63,861 nt of DNA from Halothiobacillus sp. (GTDB lineage Bacteria > Pseudomonadota > Gammaproteobacteria > Halothiobacillales > Halothiobacillaceae): NCBI RefSeq assembly GCF_027346185.1, contig NZ_DAIESY010000042.1:1-63861 (forward strand), written 5' to 3'. Within the stretch, counting starts at the first letter, position 1. The number at the start of each line of letters is the position of its first letter. The position numbers were made by a program, and so were the translations under genes. Shown piece after piece: positions 46,682 to 56,807 of this stretch. The notes under the pieces were generated by a model. It was not told the origin of the DNA and did no database searches. It saw nothing but the letters and a program-made list of their open reading frames with translations.

Positions 46682-47433
46682 CGCTCGGGGGCTATGCCGG
46701 TGTTGGGACAGCCATACTGGTGATACAATCTTTGTTGCTGGCCTTCGATCCATTGCTTGATTTCTTCGGTCAGCGCGTCGGCTTTCTTCCCTGCAATGGG
46801 GATGGGCGGCCCGATCACAACATGAATGGTGCCGGGGTATTTCAGAAACTGTCCCTTTTTCCAGTGGCACCCGCTATTGAGCGCAATGGGGATCACATCT
46901 GCCTTGGCCTGGAGTGCGAGCATCGCCGCACCGATCTTGTAACTGGGTTCGGCGTCCGGGCTGTAACGGGTTCCTTCGGGGAAAATAATCACATCCCGCC
47001 CCTGGCCCATCGCCAGCTTCCCTTGCTTGATAATCTGCTTGAGTGCCTGGCTGCCTGCCTTCCGGTCAATGGCGATGGGGCCCATGCCCGCCAGGCCGGT
47101 GCCGAAAATCGGAATCCAGAGCAGTTCCTTTTTCAGAACAAAGGCGGGTTGATGCAATAGCTGGGGCAAAATCATCGAATCCCAGGTGGACTGATGCTTG
47201 GATGCGATCAACCGCCCAGGCGCTCCGGCAAGATGCTCGCGCCCCTCGATCTGCCAGCGCAACCCCACGATGATGCGTGCGAGCCAGAACACGACAAACC
47301 CGTAACTGAACATCACGTAATACCGCCGCCGCGCGGGCAGCAACCAGCCGATCAGCATGACCGGGATATACGGGATGAGCATCACATAACTGATCAGCAG
47401 AAATAAAAGGGAGCGAATAAACGCGAGCGGCAT
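46666..47433 (-). CDS. plsC: 1-acyl-sn-glycerol-3-phosphate acyltransferase
   Basis: KHQSTWD, KKEL, IFPEGTR; downstream of glyS. Confidence 0.9.
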   Translation of the reverse strand: MPLAFIRSLLFLLISYVMLIPYIPVMLIGWLLPARRRYYVMFSYGFVVFWLARIIVGLRWQIEGREHLAGAPGRLIASKHQSTWDSMILPQLLHQPAFVLKKELLWIPIFGTGLAGMGPIAIDRKAGSQALKQIIKQGKLAMGQGRDVIIFPEGTRYSPDAEPSYKIGAAMLALQAKADVIPIALNSGCHWKKGQFLKYPGTIHVVIGPPIPIAGKKADALTEEIKQWIEGQQQRLYHQYGCPNTGIAPERQADR

Positions 47434-47448
47434 ATTGATCGTGTCCGT

Positions 47449-49527
47449 TTAACCATTGAGTTGCGCCAGATCGGCAATGCTGAGGAACAACGCGCCGGTC
47501 TGTTGCAGCAGAGCCAGCCGGTTGCGTCGAATGGCCGGGTCGTCCGCCATGACCATCACTTCATCGAAGAAACGGTCAATCGGTGCCCGCAGCTGGGCCA
47601 GCTCCGTGAGCGCGTCGGTGTATGCGCGCTCAGCTGTGGCGGCACGAATGCGCGGTGTTATCTCAGTTACCGCGTCAAACAACGCTTTTTCGGCGGCTTC
47701 GTGTAGCAGATCGACTTGAATGTGACCGTCGACCGGCTGTTCCTGTTTCTTCAGAATATTCTGGATGCGCTTGTTTCCGGCGGTGAGCGGTTCGGCTTCC
47801 GGCAGATTCAGGAATTCGTTGACCGCCACCATGCGTTGTTCGAAGTCCAGCGGTCGGGTCGTGCCCACGGCGGCGACAGCGGCAAACACATCGGCGCGGA
47901 TGGCGCGATCGAGGCTGAAGCGGTATTGCCGTTCGGTGATGAATTCAAAAACGGCCTGTACATGCTCGACGGCTTCCGGAATGATCGAATCAAGGCCTTT
48001 GGCCGCCTGTTCCAGCAAGGATTTGAGATCAAGATCCAGTTGTTGCTCGACGATGATGCGCAGCACGCCCAGCGCCGCACGACGCAGGGCGAACGGGTCC
48101 TTGGCACCGGTCGGCGCCTGGCCGATGGCGAAAATCCCCATCAGGGTGTCGAGCCGGTCGGCCAGTGCGACTGCCTGCGACACCGCATCGCCAGGCAACG
48201 CGTCTCCGGCTCGGCGTGGCAGGTAGTAATCGTCTTGCGCTTGCGCGACGGCCGCGGGCTCGCCGTCGTGGGTGGCCAGATAACGCCCCATGATGCCTTG
48301 CAGCTCGGGGAATTCACCCACCATGTGGCTTTGCAGGTCGCATTTGCACAGGCGCGCCGCACGCCGTGTCTGCGTAACGTCGCCGCCGATCAGCTCGGCA
48401 ATGTACTCGGCAAGCCGTTCAACACGGATGGTCTTGTCGAACAAACTGCCCATACGCTGCTGGAAGATCACCGTTTTCAGCGAGTCCAGATGCGATTCCA
48501 GCGTGTGTTTACGGTCTTCATTCCAAAAGAACAGCGCATCGGCGAACCGCGGACGAATCACGCGCTCGTTGCCTTCGCGCACCGCAGCGGGGTTCTTGCT
48601 GTCGATGTTGGCGATGGTGATGAACCACGGCAGCAGGCGGTTTTGCGCATCGACCAGCGGGAAGTATTTCTGGTTGCCCTGCATGGTGGAAATCAGCGCC
48701 TCGTGCGGCACTTGCAGGAAAGATTCCTCGAATTTGCCTGCCACGGCCACGGGCCATTCGACCAGTGCGGTCACTTCATCCAGCAGATCTTCATCCACAC
48801 GTGCCGTGCCGCCGAGTTCGCTCGCGATGGCTTCGATCTGCGCCTGAATTTTGTTGCGCCGTGCCGCGAAATCGGCAAGCACAAAGCCTTGCTTCTCCAG
48901 CACGTCGGCATAGCTTGCGGGGGATTCGATGGTAATGGCTGCCGGGTGATGGAAGCGGTGGCCGAAGGTTTCTCGACCGGCTTTCACGCCCAGAATCTCG
49001 GTGTCGATGACCGTGTTGCCGTGCAGGGCAACTGCCCAGTGAACCGGACGGATGAATTCCACCTCATGGCTGCCCCAGCGCATCCGCTTGGGCGTGGGGA
49101 GTTTGTCCAATGCGCGGGCAATGGCGGCTGGAATAATCTCGGCGGCGGTTTTGCCCGGTTGGGTGTGGCGATACACGAGCCAGGTGCCCTTGTCCGTTTC
49201 GATTTTTTCGAGTGCGTCCACCGTCACGCCGCAGGAGCGGGCGAAGCCTTCCAGTGCGCGACTGGGCTTACCTTCCGCGTCGAAGGCGCTTGCCAGTGCC
49301 GGGCCCTTGCGCTCAACGGCCTGTTCGGGCGTGCTGGCGGCCACGTCGCGAATCAGCACGGCCATGCGGCGGGGCGCGGCGTAGCTTTGATGCGTTCCAA
49401 AGGATAGCCCCGCTTCGCGAAGTCCAGTCAGAAGTTCTTCGGTCAGGGCATCGCTCAAACGCAGCAGCGCTTTGGGGGGCAGTTCTTCGGTGCCCAGTTC
49501 GAATAGAAAATCGGCGCGATCAGTCAT
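47449..49527 (-). CDS. glyS: Glycine--tRNA ligase beta subunit
   Basis: FLFELGTEELPP, KRMRWG, GNERVIRPRFADA, EFPELQGIMG, KDPFALRR. Confidence 0.98.
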   Translation of the reverse strand: MTDRADFLFELGTEELPPKALLRLSDALTEELLTGLREAGLSFGTHQSYAAPRRMAVLIRDVAASTPEQAVERKGPALASAFDAEGKPSRALEGFARSCGVTVDALEKIETDKGTWLVYRHTQPGKTAAEIIPAAIARALDKLPTPKRMRWGSHEVEFIRPVHWAVALHGNTVIDTEILGVKAGRETFGHRFHHPAAITIESPASYADVLEKQGFVLADFAARRNKIQAQIEAIASELGGTARVDEDLLDEVTALVEWPVAVAGKFEESFLQVPHEALISTMQGNQKYFPLVDAQNRLLPWFITIANIDSKNPAAVREGNERVIRPRFADALFFWNEDRKHTLESHLDSLKTVIFQQRMGSLFDKTIRVERLAEYIAELIGGDVTQTRRAARLCKCDLQSHMVGEFPELQGIMGRYLATHDGEPAAVAQAQDDYYLPRRAGDALPGDAVSQAVALADRLDTLMGIFAIGQAPTGAKDPFALRRAALGVLRIIVEQQLDLDLKSLLEQAAKGLDSIIPEAVEHVQAVFEFITERQYRFSLDRAIRADVFAAVAAVGTTRPLDFEQRMVAVNEFLNLPEAEPLTAGNKRIQNILKKQEQPVDGHIQVDLLHEAAEKALFDAVTEITPRIRAATAERAYTDALTELAQLRAPIDRFFDEVMVMADDPAIRRNRLALLQQTGALFLSIADLAQLNG

Positions 49528-49572
49528 GTGGATAGTCCAGAAAAGCGTAACTTTTTAGTAAGCCATTATTTA

Positions 49573-50499
49573 TTAAGCTGTGGCGTTGCGTGCCAGCATC
49601 GGAAAGCCTAGGGCCTCACGACGGGCGTAATAGGCTTCGGCCACACCGCGAGCGAGGGTGCGCACACGCAGAATAAAGCGTTGGCGCTCGGTGACGGAAA
49701 TGGCGCGGCGCGCGTCCAGCAGGTTGAAGGCATGCGAGGCCTTCAGTACTTGCTCGTAAGCGGGCAGCGGCAGGCCGAGTTCCACCAGACGCAGTGATTC
49801 GCGCTCGGCCTGATCGAACAGCCCGAACAGGAAGGCGGTGTCGGCCTGTTCGAAGTTGTAGGTGGATTGTTCCACTTCGTTTTGGTGATACACATCGCCA
49901 TAGGTGATGATGCCCGCCTCACTCTTGCTCCAGACGAGATCGTAGACGCTCTGCACGCCCTGCATGTACATGGCCAAGCGTTCGAGACCGTAGGTGATTT
50001 CGCCGGAAACCGGGCGGCAATCGAGTCCGCCGATCTGCTGGAAGTAGGTGAATTGCGTGACTTCCATGCCGTTGAGCCACACTTCCCAACCCAGACCCCA
50101 GGCGCCGAGCGTGGGCGATTCCCAGTTGTCTTCCACGAAGCGGATGTCGTGGGTGAGCGGGTCGAAGCCCAGCAGGGCGAGCGAGTCGAGGTAGAGTTGC
50201 TGGATGTTGTCTGGTGAGGGTTTGAGCAGCACCTGAAATTGATAATAGTGCTGCAAACGGTTCGGATTCTCGCCATAGCGGCCATCGGTCGGGCGGCGGG
50301 AGGGCTGGACATAAGCGGCGCGCCACTGCTCCGGGCCAATCGCGCGCAGGAAGGTCGCCGGGTGGAAGGTGCCCGCGCCAACCTCGATATCCAAAGGTTG
50401 CAGCACGGCGCAACCCTGATTCGCCCAGAACTCGGACAGGGCGAGAATCAATCCCTGAAACGTGGATAAATCGTGATGGGTGTTCATTTCAATCGGCAT
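49573..50499 (-). CDS. glyQ: Glycine--tRNA ligase alpha subunit
   Basis: [44 protein letters not shown]. Start 50499 or 50487. Confidence 0.98.
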   Translation of the reverse strand: MPIEMNTHHDLSTFQGLILALSEFWANQGCAVLQPLDIEVGAGTFHPATFLRAIGPEQWRAAYVQPSRRPTDGRYGENPNRLQHYYQFQVLLKPSPDNIQQLYLDSLALLGFDPLTHDIRFVEDNWESPTLGAWGLGWEVWLNGMEVTQFTYFQQIGGLDCRPVSGEITYGLERLAMYMQGVQSVYDLVWSKSEAGIITYGDVYHQNEVEQSTYNFEQADTAFLFGLFDQAERESLRLVELGLPLPAYEQVLKASHAFNLLDARRAISVTERQRFILRVRTLARGVAEAYYARREALGFPMLARNATA

Positions 50500-50644
50500 A
50501 ACAGGCTCATCGGCGGCGAATAAATGGCGCTTAGTATACTGAAGTTGAACGATCATCGGTGGCGCAAACGGGGCGTGGCGTGGTATTTTCGGCCTCTTTC
50601 AATTTTGAATTCATCCTTTGGACGCCACAGGCGCGGACCCGGTA

Positions 50645-51703
50645 ATGGACCAACAACTCGACCAAGAACTCAATATCAGCCAAGCCATCGCGCTTGCCGT
50701 TGACCGGCGCGACCTTTCGCGTGAAGACATGCGCAGCGTGATGCGCCAGATCATGTCGGGTGGTGCAACGCCGGTGCAGGTAGCCGGCTTTATGGTCGCG
50801 CTGCGGATGAAAGGCGAAACCGTCGATGAAATCACCGCCGCCGCCGAGGTCATGCGCGAGCTGGCCGTTGGCGTGCGCGTCGATGTGCCGAACCTTGTGG
50901 ATATTGTGGGCACGGGCGGAGACGGTTCGGCTTTATTTAATGTGTCCACCGCGTCGGGGTTTGTGGTGGCGGCGGCGGGGGGGCATGTCGCCAAGCACGG
51001 CAATCGATCCATTACGAGCAAATCCGGCAGTGCCGATATGTTGGAAGCGGCAGGCGTGGCGCTGGATGTGTCCGCTGATTGCGTGGCCGAATGTGTGCGT
51101 GAGTTGGGCGTGGGCTTCATGTTTGCGCCCAAGCATCACGGCTCGATGCGCCATGCCGCCGTGCCCCGCAAGGAGCTGGGCGTGCGTACGCTGTTCAATG
51201 TACTCGGGCCGCTCACCAATCCGGCGAATGCGCCCTCGATGGTGCTGGGCGTGTATGCCGAACAGTGGCTCGAACCACTGGCGGCCGTGATGCGCCTGTT
51301 GGGTGCCTGTCACGTTCTGGTCGTGCACAGCCACGATGGGCTGGATGAAATCAGCCTCGCCGAGGCGACCGAAGTGGCCGAGTTGCATCAAGGAAAAATC
51401 CACCGCTACCAGATTACGCCGGAGCAGTTCGGTATTAAGCGCCAGCCTTTGACTTCCATGATCGTGACAGGTCCGGAGCAAAGCGTGAGCTTGGTGCGTT
51501 CAGCCCTAGGCGGAACAGCAGGCCCTGTTGCCGATATGATTGCGCTCAATGCTGGTTCGGCGATTTACGCCGCCGACCTGACCGATACATTGGCAGAGGG
51601 CATTGCCCGTGCGCAGGCGATTCTGAAATCTGGTACCGCACTGGCTAAACTCGATGCCCTGATTGCCAAAACCCAGGCCTGCCGGAATTCCACACATGAC
51701 TGA
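50645..51703 (+). CDS. trpD: Anthranilate phosphoribosyltransferase
   Basis: [43 protein letters not shown]. Confidence 0.97.
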   Translation: MDQQLDQELNISQAIALAVDRRDLSREDMRSVMRQIMSGGATPVQVAGFMVALRMKGETVDEITAAAEVMRELAVGVRVDVPNLVDIVGTGGDGSALFNVSTASGFVVAAAGGHVAKHGNRSITSKSGSADMLEAAGVALDVSADCVAECVRELGVGFMFAPKHHGSMRHAAVPRKELGVRTLFNVLGPLTNPANAPSMVLGVYAEQWLEPLAAVMRLLGACHVLVVHSHDGLDEISLAEATEVAELHQGKIHRYQITPEQFGIKRQPLTSMIVTGPEQSVSLVRSALGGTAGPVADMIALNAGSAIYAADLTDTLAEGIARAQAILKSGTALAKLDALIAKTQACRNSTHD

Positions 51704-52505
51704 TACACCCGACATTCTGAAAAAAATCATCGCTCGAAAATGGGCCGAAGTGGCCGAGCGCAGCGCGATTCTCCCGCTGACGGAGCTGGCGCTGTTGGCT
51801 CGTGAGGCGGATGCGCCGCGTGGTTTTGTCGCTGCATTGCGCCGAAAGATTGCTGCAGGTCAAGCCGCTGTCATAGCCGAGGTGAAGAAAGCCTCCCCCA
51901 GCCGGGGCGTGCTGCGTGACCCGTTCCACCCGGCCGAAATCGCCCGGCAATACGAAGCGGGTGGTGCCGCCTGTTTATCCGTGCTGACCGATCATGATTT
52001 TTTTCAAGGCAATGAAGACTATCTGCGTGAAGCGCGCGCGGCCTGCCGGTTGCCGGTGCTCCGCAAGGACTTCATGGTCGATGAATATCAGGTGGTCGAA
52101 GCGCGTGCGATGGGTGCCGACTGCATTTTGCTGATCGTTGCCGCATTAAGCGATAGCGAAATGGCAGCCCTGCATAAGCAAGCGACCGATCTGGGCATGG
52201 ATGTGCTGGTCGAGGTGCATGATGCCAACGAACTGCAACGCGCCCTGGCTCTGGGCATCGACATGGTGGGCATCAACAACCGCGATCTGCGTACGTTCGA
52301 CGTCACGCTCGACACCACGCTTGAACTATTGAGCCAGATTCCACCGGATATTCTGGTCGTTACCGAGAGCGGCATCCTATCGCCAACCGATGTCGAGCGG
52401 ATGCGCAGTAATCATGTGCATGCCTTTTTGGTCGGTGAAGCATTCATGCGCGCCGACGATCCGGGCGTGGCGCTGCACCATCTTTTTGGAGGAACAAGCA
52501 AATGA
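51696..52505 (+). CDS. trpC: Indole-3-glycerol phosphate synthase
   Basis: [38 protein letters not shown]. Confidence 0.97.
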   Translation: MTDTPDILKKIIARKWAEVAERSAILPLTELALLAREADAPRGFVAALRRKIAAGQAAVIAEVKKASPSRGVLRDPFHPAEIARQYEAGGAACLSVLTDHDFFQGNEDYLREARAACRLPVLRKDFMVDEYQVVEARAMGADCILLIVAALSDSEMAALHKQATDLGMDVLVEVHDANELQRALALGIDMVGINNRDLRTFDVTLDTTLELLSQIPPDILVVTESGILSPTDVERMRSNHVHAFLVGEAFMRADDPGVALHHLFGGTSK

Positions 52506-52921
52506 AAGCACGGGTGAAATGGGTCGAAGGCATGGCCTTCATGGCCGAATCCGATAGCGGGCACGGCATCATGCTCGATGGTTCGCCGGATATCGGCGGG
52601 CGGAATCTGGGCGCGCGGCCCATGGAAATGGTGCTGATGGGGCTGGGCGGTTGTACCGCCATCGACGTGATGGTCATTCTTGGCAAACAACGCCAGCCGG
52701 TCGAAGACTGCTGGATCGAGCTCGATGCCGAACGCGCCGATGTGGCCGCGCCCAAGGTATTCACCAAGATTCATGTGCATTATGTCGTCAAAGGTTCGGG
52801 GCTTGATCCGAAACAGGTCGAACGCGCGGTCAAACTCTCGGCAGAGAAGTACTGCTCGGTTTCGGCGATGCTGAAAAACAGCGTGGATATTACCTACGAC
52901 TTCGAGATTCGCGGATCGTAA
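52502..52921 (+). CDS. OsmC-family protein (YhfA-like)
   Basis: [23 protein letters not shown]. Confidence 0.9.
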   Translation: MKARVKWVEGMAFMAESDSGHGIMLDGSPDIGGRNLGARPMEMVLMGLGGCTAIDVMVILGKQRQPVEDCWIELDAERADVAAPKVFTKIHVHYVVKGSGLDPKQVERAVKLSAEKYCSVSAMLKNSVDITYDFEIRGS

Positions 52922-52923
52922 GA

Positions 52924-53244
52924 TCAGATCGATACCATCCGGTAAAACTCAAGGACCGGTTCGATATTGGTGTAGTTTGGTACATCTGCTTCGATTACCG
53001 GCCAGTGCGGTTCAAAAGCAGCAAGAAACGAGTCTTTTGAATCAAATTCAAAGTGACAGATCGCGGCATAGGTGGCCGGACTTCCCGGTTTTTCCCCACC
53101 CATGCCTTCGTCGATCGTCACGCGACGGTAGCCCGGGTGCTTGCCAACCAGTTCGAGCGTCATCGGGATATGGCGTTCCAGATAGTAGGCCATGTCAAAT
53201 CGCCCATCGGGCCGATTCGGGTAAAAAATACTGATTTTGACCAT
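52924..53244 (-). CDS. EthD-family protein
   Basis: FDMAYYLERHIP, ADVPNYTNIEP; 106 aa. Confidence 0.85.
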   Translation of the reverse strand: MVKISIFYPNRPDGRFDMAYYLERHIPMTLELVGKHPGYRRVTIDEGMGGEKPGSPATYAAICHFEFDSKDSFLAAFEPHWPVIEADVPNYTNIEPVLEFYRMVSI

Positions 53245-53256
53245 GAGGTTTGATCC

Positions 53257-54507
53257 TTAGTGTGTCGGTATTGCCCGGGCGATTAATTCCACCGGATGCA
53301 AAACGGGTGAACCCAGCCCGACAGCGATATGCGTTGCACAGCCAATATTGGCCGAAACCAAAAAATCGGGATCCAGTTGTTCAATTTCATCGAGTTTCGG
53401 TGCGCGCAGTGCGTCGGCCTGATCGGGATACATTAATACATGCATTCCGGCCGCCCCACAGCAGCGGTCATTGTTGGCCAGTGGTACGAGATTCAACTCC
53501 GGGACTCTTTGCAACAGTCGCTCGGTGCTGCGAGGTTGTTTGAGCACGCGGGTCTGGCTGCAGGGTAAATGAATGGCCACGCGCGCCGGGATTGGTTGCA
53601 ACTGGGGCCATTGGTCATCGGGAACTTGGGCGAGGAAATCGGTGATTTCCACAAAGGGCACATTATTTTGCTCTCGCTGAAGTTCGCTGGCGCAGGCAGT
53701 GCCGATGACGACGATGGCGCTTAAGTTCCTGTCAGCAAATGCCGTGCGGTTTGCCGCACGCAGACGGGTAGCCTCCGAGATATCGCCGCCGTGTTGGTGC
53801 ATGGCGCCGCAGCAAACTTGATCGGTGGGTATCTCCACCGCATAACCCAGGGCATTGAGCACTTTGATGCTGGCACGCACGGCATCACTATTTAATGCCT
53901 CGCCGGTGCAGCCGATGAAAAGCCCGACGGTTTTGGTCGTGGCCTCTGGCGCGGGGGCGGTGCCTATCCTGCCATTCGGACGGAATCGCCTGGGAAGAAC
54001 GGGCGGCAGGATTTGCCCCGTTCGTCCGCCAAAGCGACGAATCATGTCGGTTACCTTTAATCGGTCAAGCAGGGAGAGCGCAGTCCAAACTGCACCGAAG
54101 AACTGTCTCTGACTCAATACATGGTGACGCAACCAAATCCAGCGTTTGAAGGCGGCTCGCGGTCGTGTATTGGCTGTCGCTGATGCGAATTCATCGTGTG
54201 CCAGTGCGTCGCGAACTTCGTCGATCAGTTCGCCATAATTAACGAGCGAAGGGCAAACCGATTCACAGGCGTGGCAGGTAAGGCAACCATCAAGATGTGC
54301 CACCACGCCCGCATCGAGCGCGAGTGTGCCGCTCGCCAAACCGAGTGCGAGACTGATGCGCCCGCGCGGACCGTCCGCTTCATTGTGAGACAGGGCAAAG
54401 GTGGGGCAGTGGGGGACGCAGATGCCGCACATCACACAGTCGAGCGCATGGTGTTTGATGCGCATCTTTGCGTTTGAGCGGTCGGTGGAATCTGTCGGCG
54501 TGTTCAT
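53257..54507 (-). CDS. GlcF-like (Fe-S)-binding protein (2x[4Fe-4S] + two CCG domains)
   Basis: CVMCGICVPHCP, CLTCHACESVCP, CCGA twice, SANIGC. Confidence 0.88.
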   Translation of the reverse strand: MNTPTDSTDRSNAKMRIKHHALDCVMCGICVPHCPTFALSHNEADGPRGRISLALGLASGTLALDAGVVAHLDGCLTCHACESVCPSLVNYGELIDEVRDALAHDEFASATANTRPRAAFKRWIWLRHHVLSQRQFFGAVWTALSLLDRLKVTDMIRRFGGRTGQILPPVLPRRFRPNGRIGTAPAPEATTKTVGLFIGCTGEALNSDAVRASIKVLNALGYAVEIPTDQVCCGAMHQHGGDISEATRLRAANRTAFADRNLSAIVVIGTACASELQREQNNVPFVEITDFLAQVPDDQWPQLQPIPARVAIHLPCSQTRVLKQPRSTERLLQRVPELNLVPLANNDRCCGAAGMHVLMYPDQADALRAPKLDEIEQLDPDFLVSANIGCATHIAVGLGSPVLHPVELIARAIPTH

Positions 54508-54611
54508 GCTCGCATCAAACCATGCGGCACTATTCGAGGCAAGTTGTGCAGCTGGCCGGAAGGAGCACAGTGAAATATACTTGCAATCCTTGAGTATTTT
54601 AGTTTATTCTA

Positions 54612-54676
54612 ATACCGTTAATTGCTGATTTCCTTTGGTGGTTCTTGTTGCCGGCCCTTGCGTCGGCTCTTTTTTT
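54612..54676 (+). ncRNA. Candidate small RNA or leader upstream of rplM
   Basis: Putative promoter TTGCAA-N18-TATTCT (54581-54610), a U-rich body, then a GCCGGC/GTCGGC hairpin followed by TCTTTTTTT. Confidence 0.35.
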
Positions 54677-54741
54677 GCCCACAAAACTTGTCGGAAGAAA
54701 CCCGGTTCATCACCAAATGTCGAATTCGGCATCAGAATCAC

Positions 54742-54777
54742 TTGTCAGTGGCGGCATGTTTCGCTAGAATCGCCGCC
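54742..54777 (+). promoter_or_regulatory. Sigma70 promoter of rplM-rpsI with GC-rich discriminator
   Basis: TTGTCA-N17-TAGAAT followed by CGCCGCC. Confidence 0.75.
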
Positions 54778-54834
54778 TCTTTGAATTAATGTCCGTTTTT
54801 CGGCACTCTTTTCGCTTCTTTGGGAGCTATATAA

Positions 54835-55263
54835 ATGAAAACATTTTCCGCCAAGTCGGCAGAAGTCAAGCGCGACTGGTTTGTGATCGACGCATCAGGC
54901 AAAACCCTCGGCCGCTTGGCGACTGAAGTGGCGCGTCGCCTGCGTGGCAAGCATAAAGCTGAATTCACGCCGCATGTGGATACCGGCGATTACATCATCA
55001 TCGTCAACGCGAAAGACGTCAAAGTCACCGGCAACAAAGCGCAAGACAAGATGTACCACTTCCATACGGGCTTCATCGGTAACATGAAGCACTTCACGTT
55101 CGAGAAAATGATCGAACGTGCGCCTGAGCGCGTCATCGAAATGGCGGTCAAAGGCATGTTGCCCAAGAACCCGCTGGGTCGCGACATGTTCCGCAAGCTC
55201 AAAGTATATGCCGGTGGTGAACACAATCACGCGGCGCAGCAACCCAAACCGCTTGATATCTGA
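54835..55263 (+). CDS. rplM: 50S ribosomal protein L13
   Basis: [27 protein letters not shown]; 142 aa. Confidence 0.99.
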   Translation: MKTFSAKSAEVKRDWFVIDASGKTLGRLATEVARRLRGKHKAEFTPHVDTGDYIIIVNAKDVKVTGNKAQDKMYHFHTGFIGNMKHFTFEKMIERAPERVIEMAVKGMLPKNPLGRDMFRKLKVYAGGEHNHAAQQPKPLDI

Positions 55264-55280
55264 TCGGAGAATCATCAGTC

Positions 55281-55673
55281 ATGGCAGTCACCCAAAATTA
55301 CGGTACCGGTCGTCGCAAAACATCTGCGGCACGGGTTTTTCTTCGTCCTGGTAACGGCACGATCACCATCAACGGTAAAACCATCGAAGACTTCTTCGGT
55401 CGTGAAACGGCACGCATGGTCGTTCGTCAGCCTTTGGAACTGCTCGAAGTGGGTGACCGCTTCGATGTGTTCTGCACCGTGGCCGGTGGCGGCCCCAGCG
55501 GTCAATCAGGTGCGATTCGTCACGGCCTGACCCGTGCATTGATGGAGTACGATGAAAGCTTCCGTGGCAAGCTGCGTACCGCTGGATTTGTGACTCGTGA
55601 TGCGCGTGAAGTGGAACGTAAGAAAGTCGGCCTGCGTAAAGCACGTCGCGCGGTTCAGTTCTCCAAGCGTTAA
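55281..55673 (+). CDS. rpsI: 30S ribosomal protein S9
   Basis: [31 protein letters not shown]. Confidence 0.99.
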   Translation: MAVTQNYGTGRRKTSAARVFLRPGNGTITINGKTIEDFFGRETARMVVRQPLELLEVGDRFDVFCTVAGGGPSGQSGAIRHGLTRALMEYDESFRGKLRTAGFVTRDAREVERKKVGLRKARRAVQFSKR

Positions 55674-55703
55674 TTATCCGCAGAGCCCGCTTGCCGGGCT
55701 CGC

Positions 55704-55735
55704 AAAAAAACCCGCCCAATGTGGCGGGTTTTTTT
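55704..55735 (+). terminator. Bidirectional intrinsic terminator after rpsI
   Basis: AAAAAAACCCGCC-CAATGT-GGCGGGTTTTTTT, preceded by a second hairpin GAGCCCG/CGGGCTC (55683-55701). Confidence 0.9.
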
Positions 55736-55996
55736 ATGGTTACTACTATCGGGTTGTGTTTATTTCAGTCGAGGCATTTCTGCCCGATTCGAATAGCTGC
55801 GCCGCCAGTTGTGCTCGTTGGACGGTGATGCTTCGATTATGCCTAATTCGATTATCCGGATGATGAGCTGATGTTATCCCGCCACGGTTGATCGCAGCAA
55901 CGTATCGCACGGCCGTTATCGACGGGGGCAATGAGGGGTGATGTGCTCGCAAGTCTTCGAGCAAGGTGTGCTCGATGGCAAACTATTGGCGCGGTT

Positions 55997-56707
55997 TCAA
56001 TGCAGCCCCAACCAGCCCGCAACCATTGGTGCGCGGTAGCTCACCAGATACCACACGCCAACACCGATGATGGTGGCAATAACAAAGGCAAGCCAGCCGG
56101 CGAAGTGTAGATTGGGATTCTGCACCGTTTCATCGGGTTTGAGCGCGCGCTTGCCGGTAATCATGGCTTGAACCAAGGGTTCGTGTTTTTTGAATTGATA
56201 GAAGGCAATGGCCAAGAGGTGCAGGGCAATCAGACCCAGCAGGATGTTGAAATTGACGTCGTGGATGTACGTCAGAAAATCCTGCGTATTTTCAGAAACA
56301 TATCCTGAAAAAGGGCCTTCATTGTAGATCTGGTCATTGGCGAACAGCCCGGTGCCCAGTTGAACCAGGATCGAGATGATCATCGCCAGAACGGACAGCG
56401 CACCGAGCGGGTTGTGACCCAGCCATATGCCTTTATGGGCGCCCTTGATGTACGCAATGATATGCCTGGGATGATGGACGAAATGGCTGAAGCGCGCCGT
56501 ATCACTGCCGATGATGCCCCAAACGAGTCGAAACACGATCAAACCGATCAGCGCATAACCGATGGTCATGTGCAGGCCGAGCCGATCGAGGATATCGGCA
56601 GTAAACCACATCGCGAAAATACCGATCACGAGCAACCAGTGGAATAGGCGGGTGGGCAGATCCCAGACTTTGACAGTGCGGGGGGTGGATTTATCTGAAG
56701 TGGGCAC
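55997..56707 (-). CDS. Cytochrome b/b6-domain membrane protein (Ni-hydrogenase cytochrome b-like)
   Basis: VWDLPTRLFHW, LHMTIG, GHNPLGALSV, YIHD..LHLLAI, LVQAMITG; GTG start at 56707. Confidence 0.88.
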   Translation of the reverse strand: MPTSDKSTPRTVKVWDLPTRLFHWLLVIGIFAMWFTADILDRLGLHMTIGYALIGLIVFRLVWGIIGSDTARFSHFVHHPRHIIAYIKGAHKGIWLGHNPLGALSVLAMIISILVQLGTGLFANDQIYNEGPFSGYVSENTQDFLTYIHDVNFNILLGLIALHLLAIAFYQFKKHEPLVQAMITGKRALKPDETVQNPNLHFAGWLAFVIATIIGVGVWYLVSYRAPMVAGWLGLH

Positions 56708-56744
56708 GACTAAGGCTTCCTGTGCTGTGGTACGGGTTAGTGAT

Positions 56745-56772
56745 TTTGCACTATGACAAATTTGCACTATGA
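56745..56772. repeat. 12-bp direct repeat, candidate operator upstream of the cytochrome b gene
   Basis: TTTGCACTATGA at 56745-56756 and 56761-56772. Confidence 0.55.
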
Positions 56773-56799
56773 AAAAAAGGGAGCCATTTGGCTCCCTTT
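56772..56799 (-). terminator. Intrinsic terminator of acs
   Basis: Minus strand AAAGGGAGCC-AAAT-GGCTCCCTTTTTTT. Confidence 0.85.
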
Positions 56800-56807
56800 G
56801 TTGTGAA

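Noticed and set aside
47716-49407. 563-aa ORF on the + strand
   Set aside because: Antisense shadow of glyS caused by GC-rich codon usage; no recognisable motifs.
55736-55996. 260-bp intergenic region after rpsI as a tRNA or ncRNA site
   Set aside because: No cloverleaf, T-loop motif or CCA end visible; the 72-aa ORF there is unsupported.
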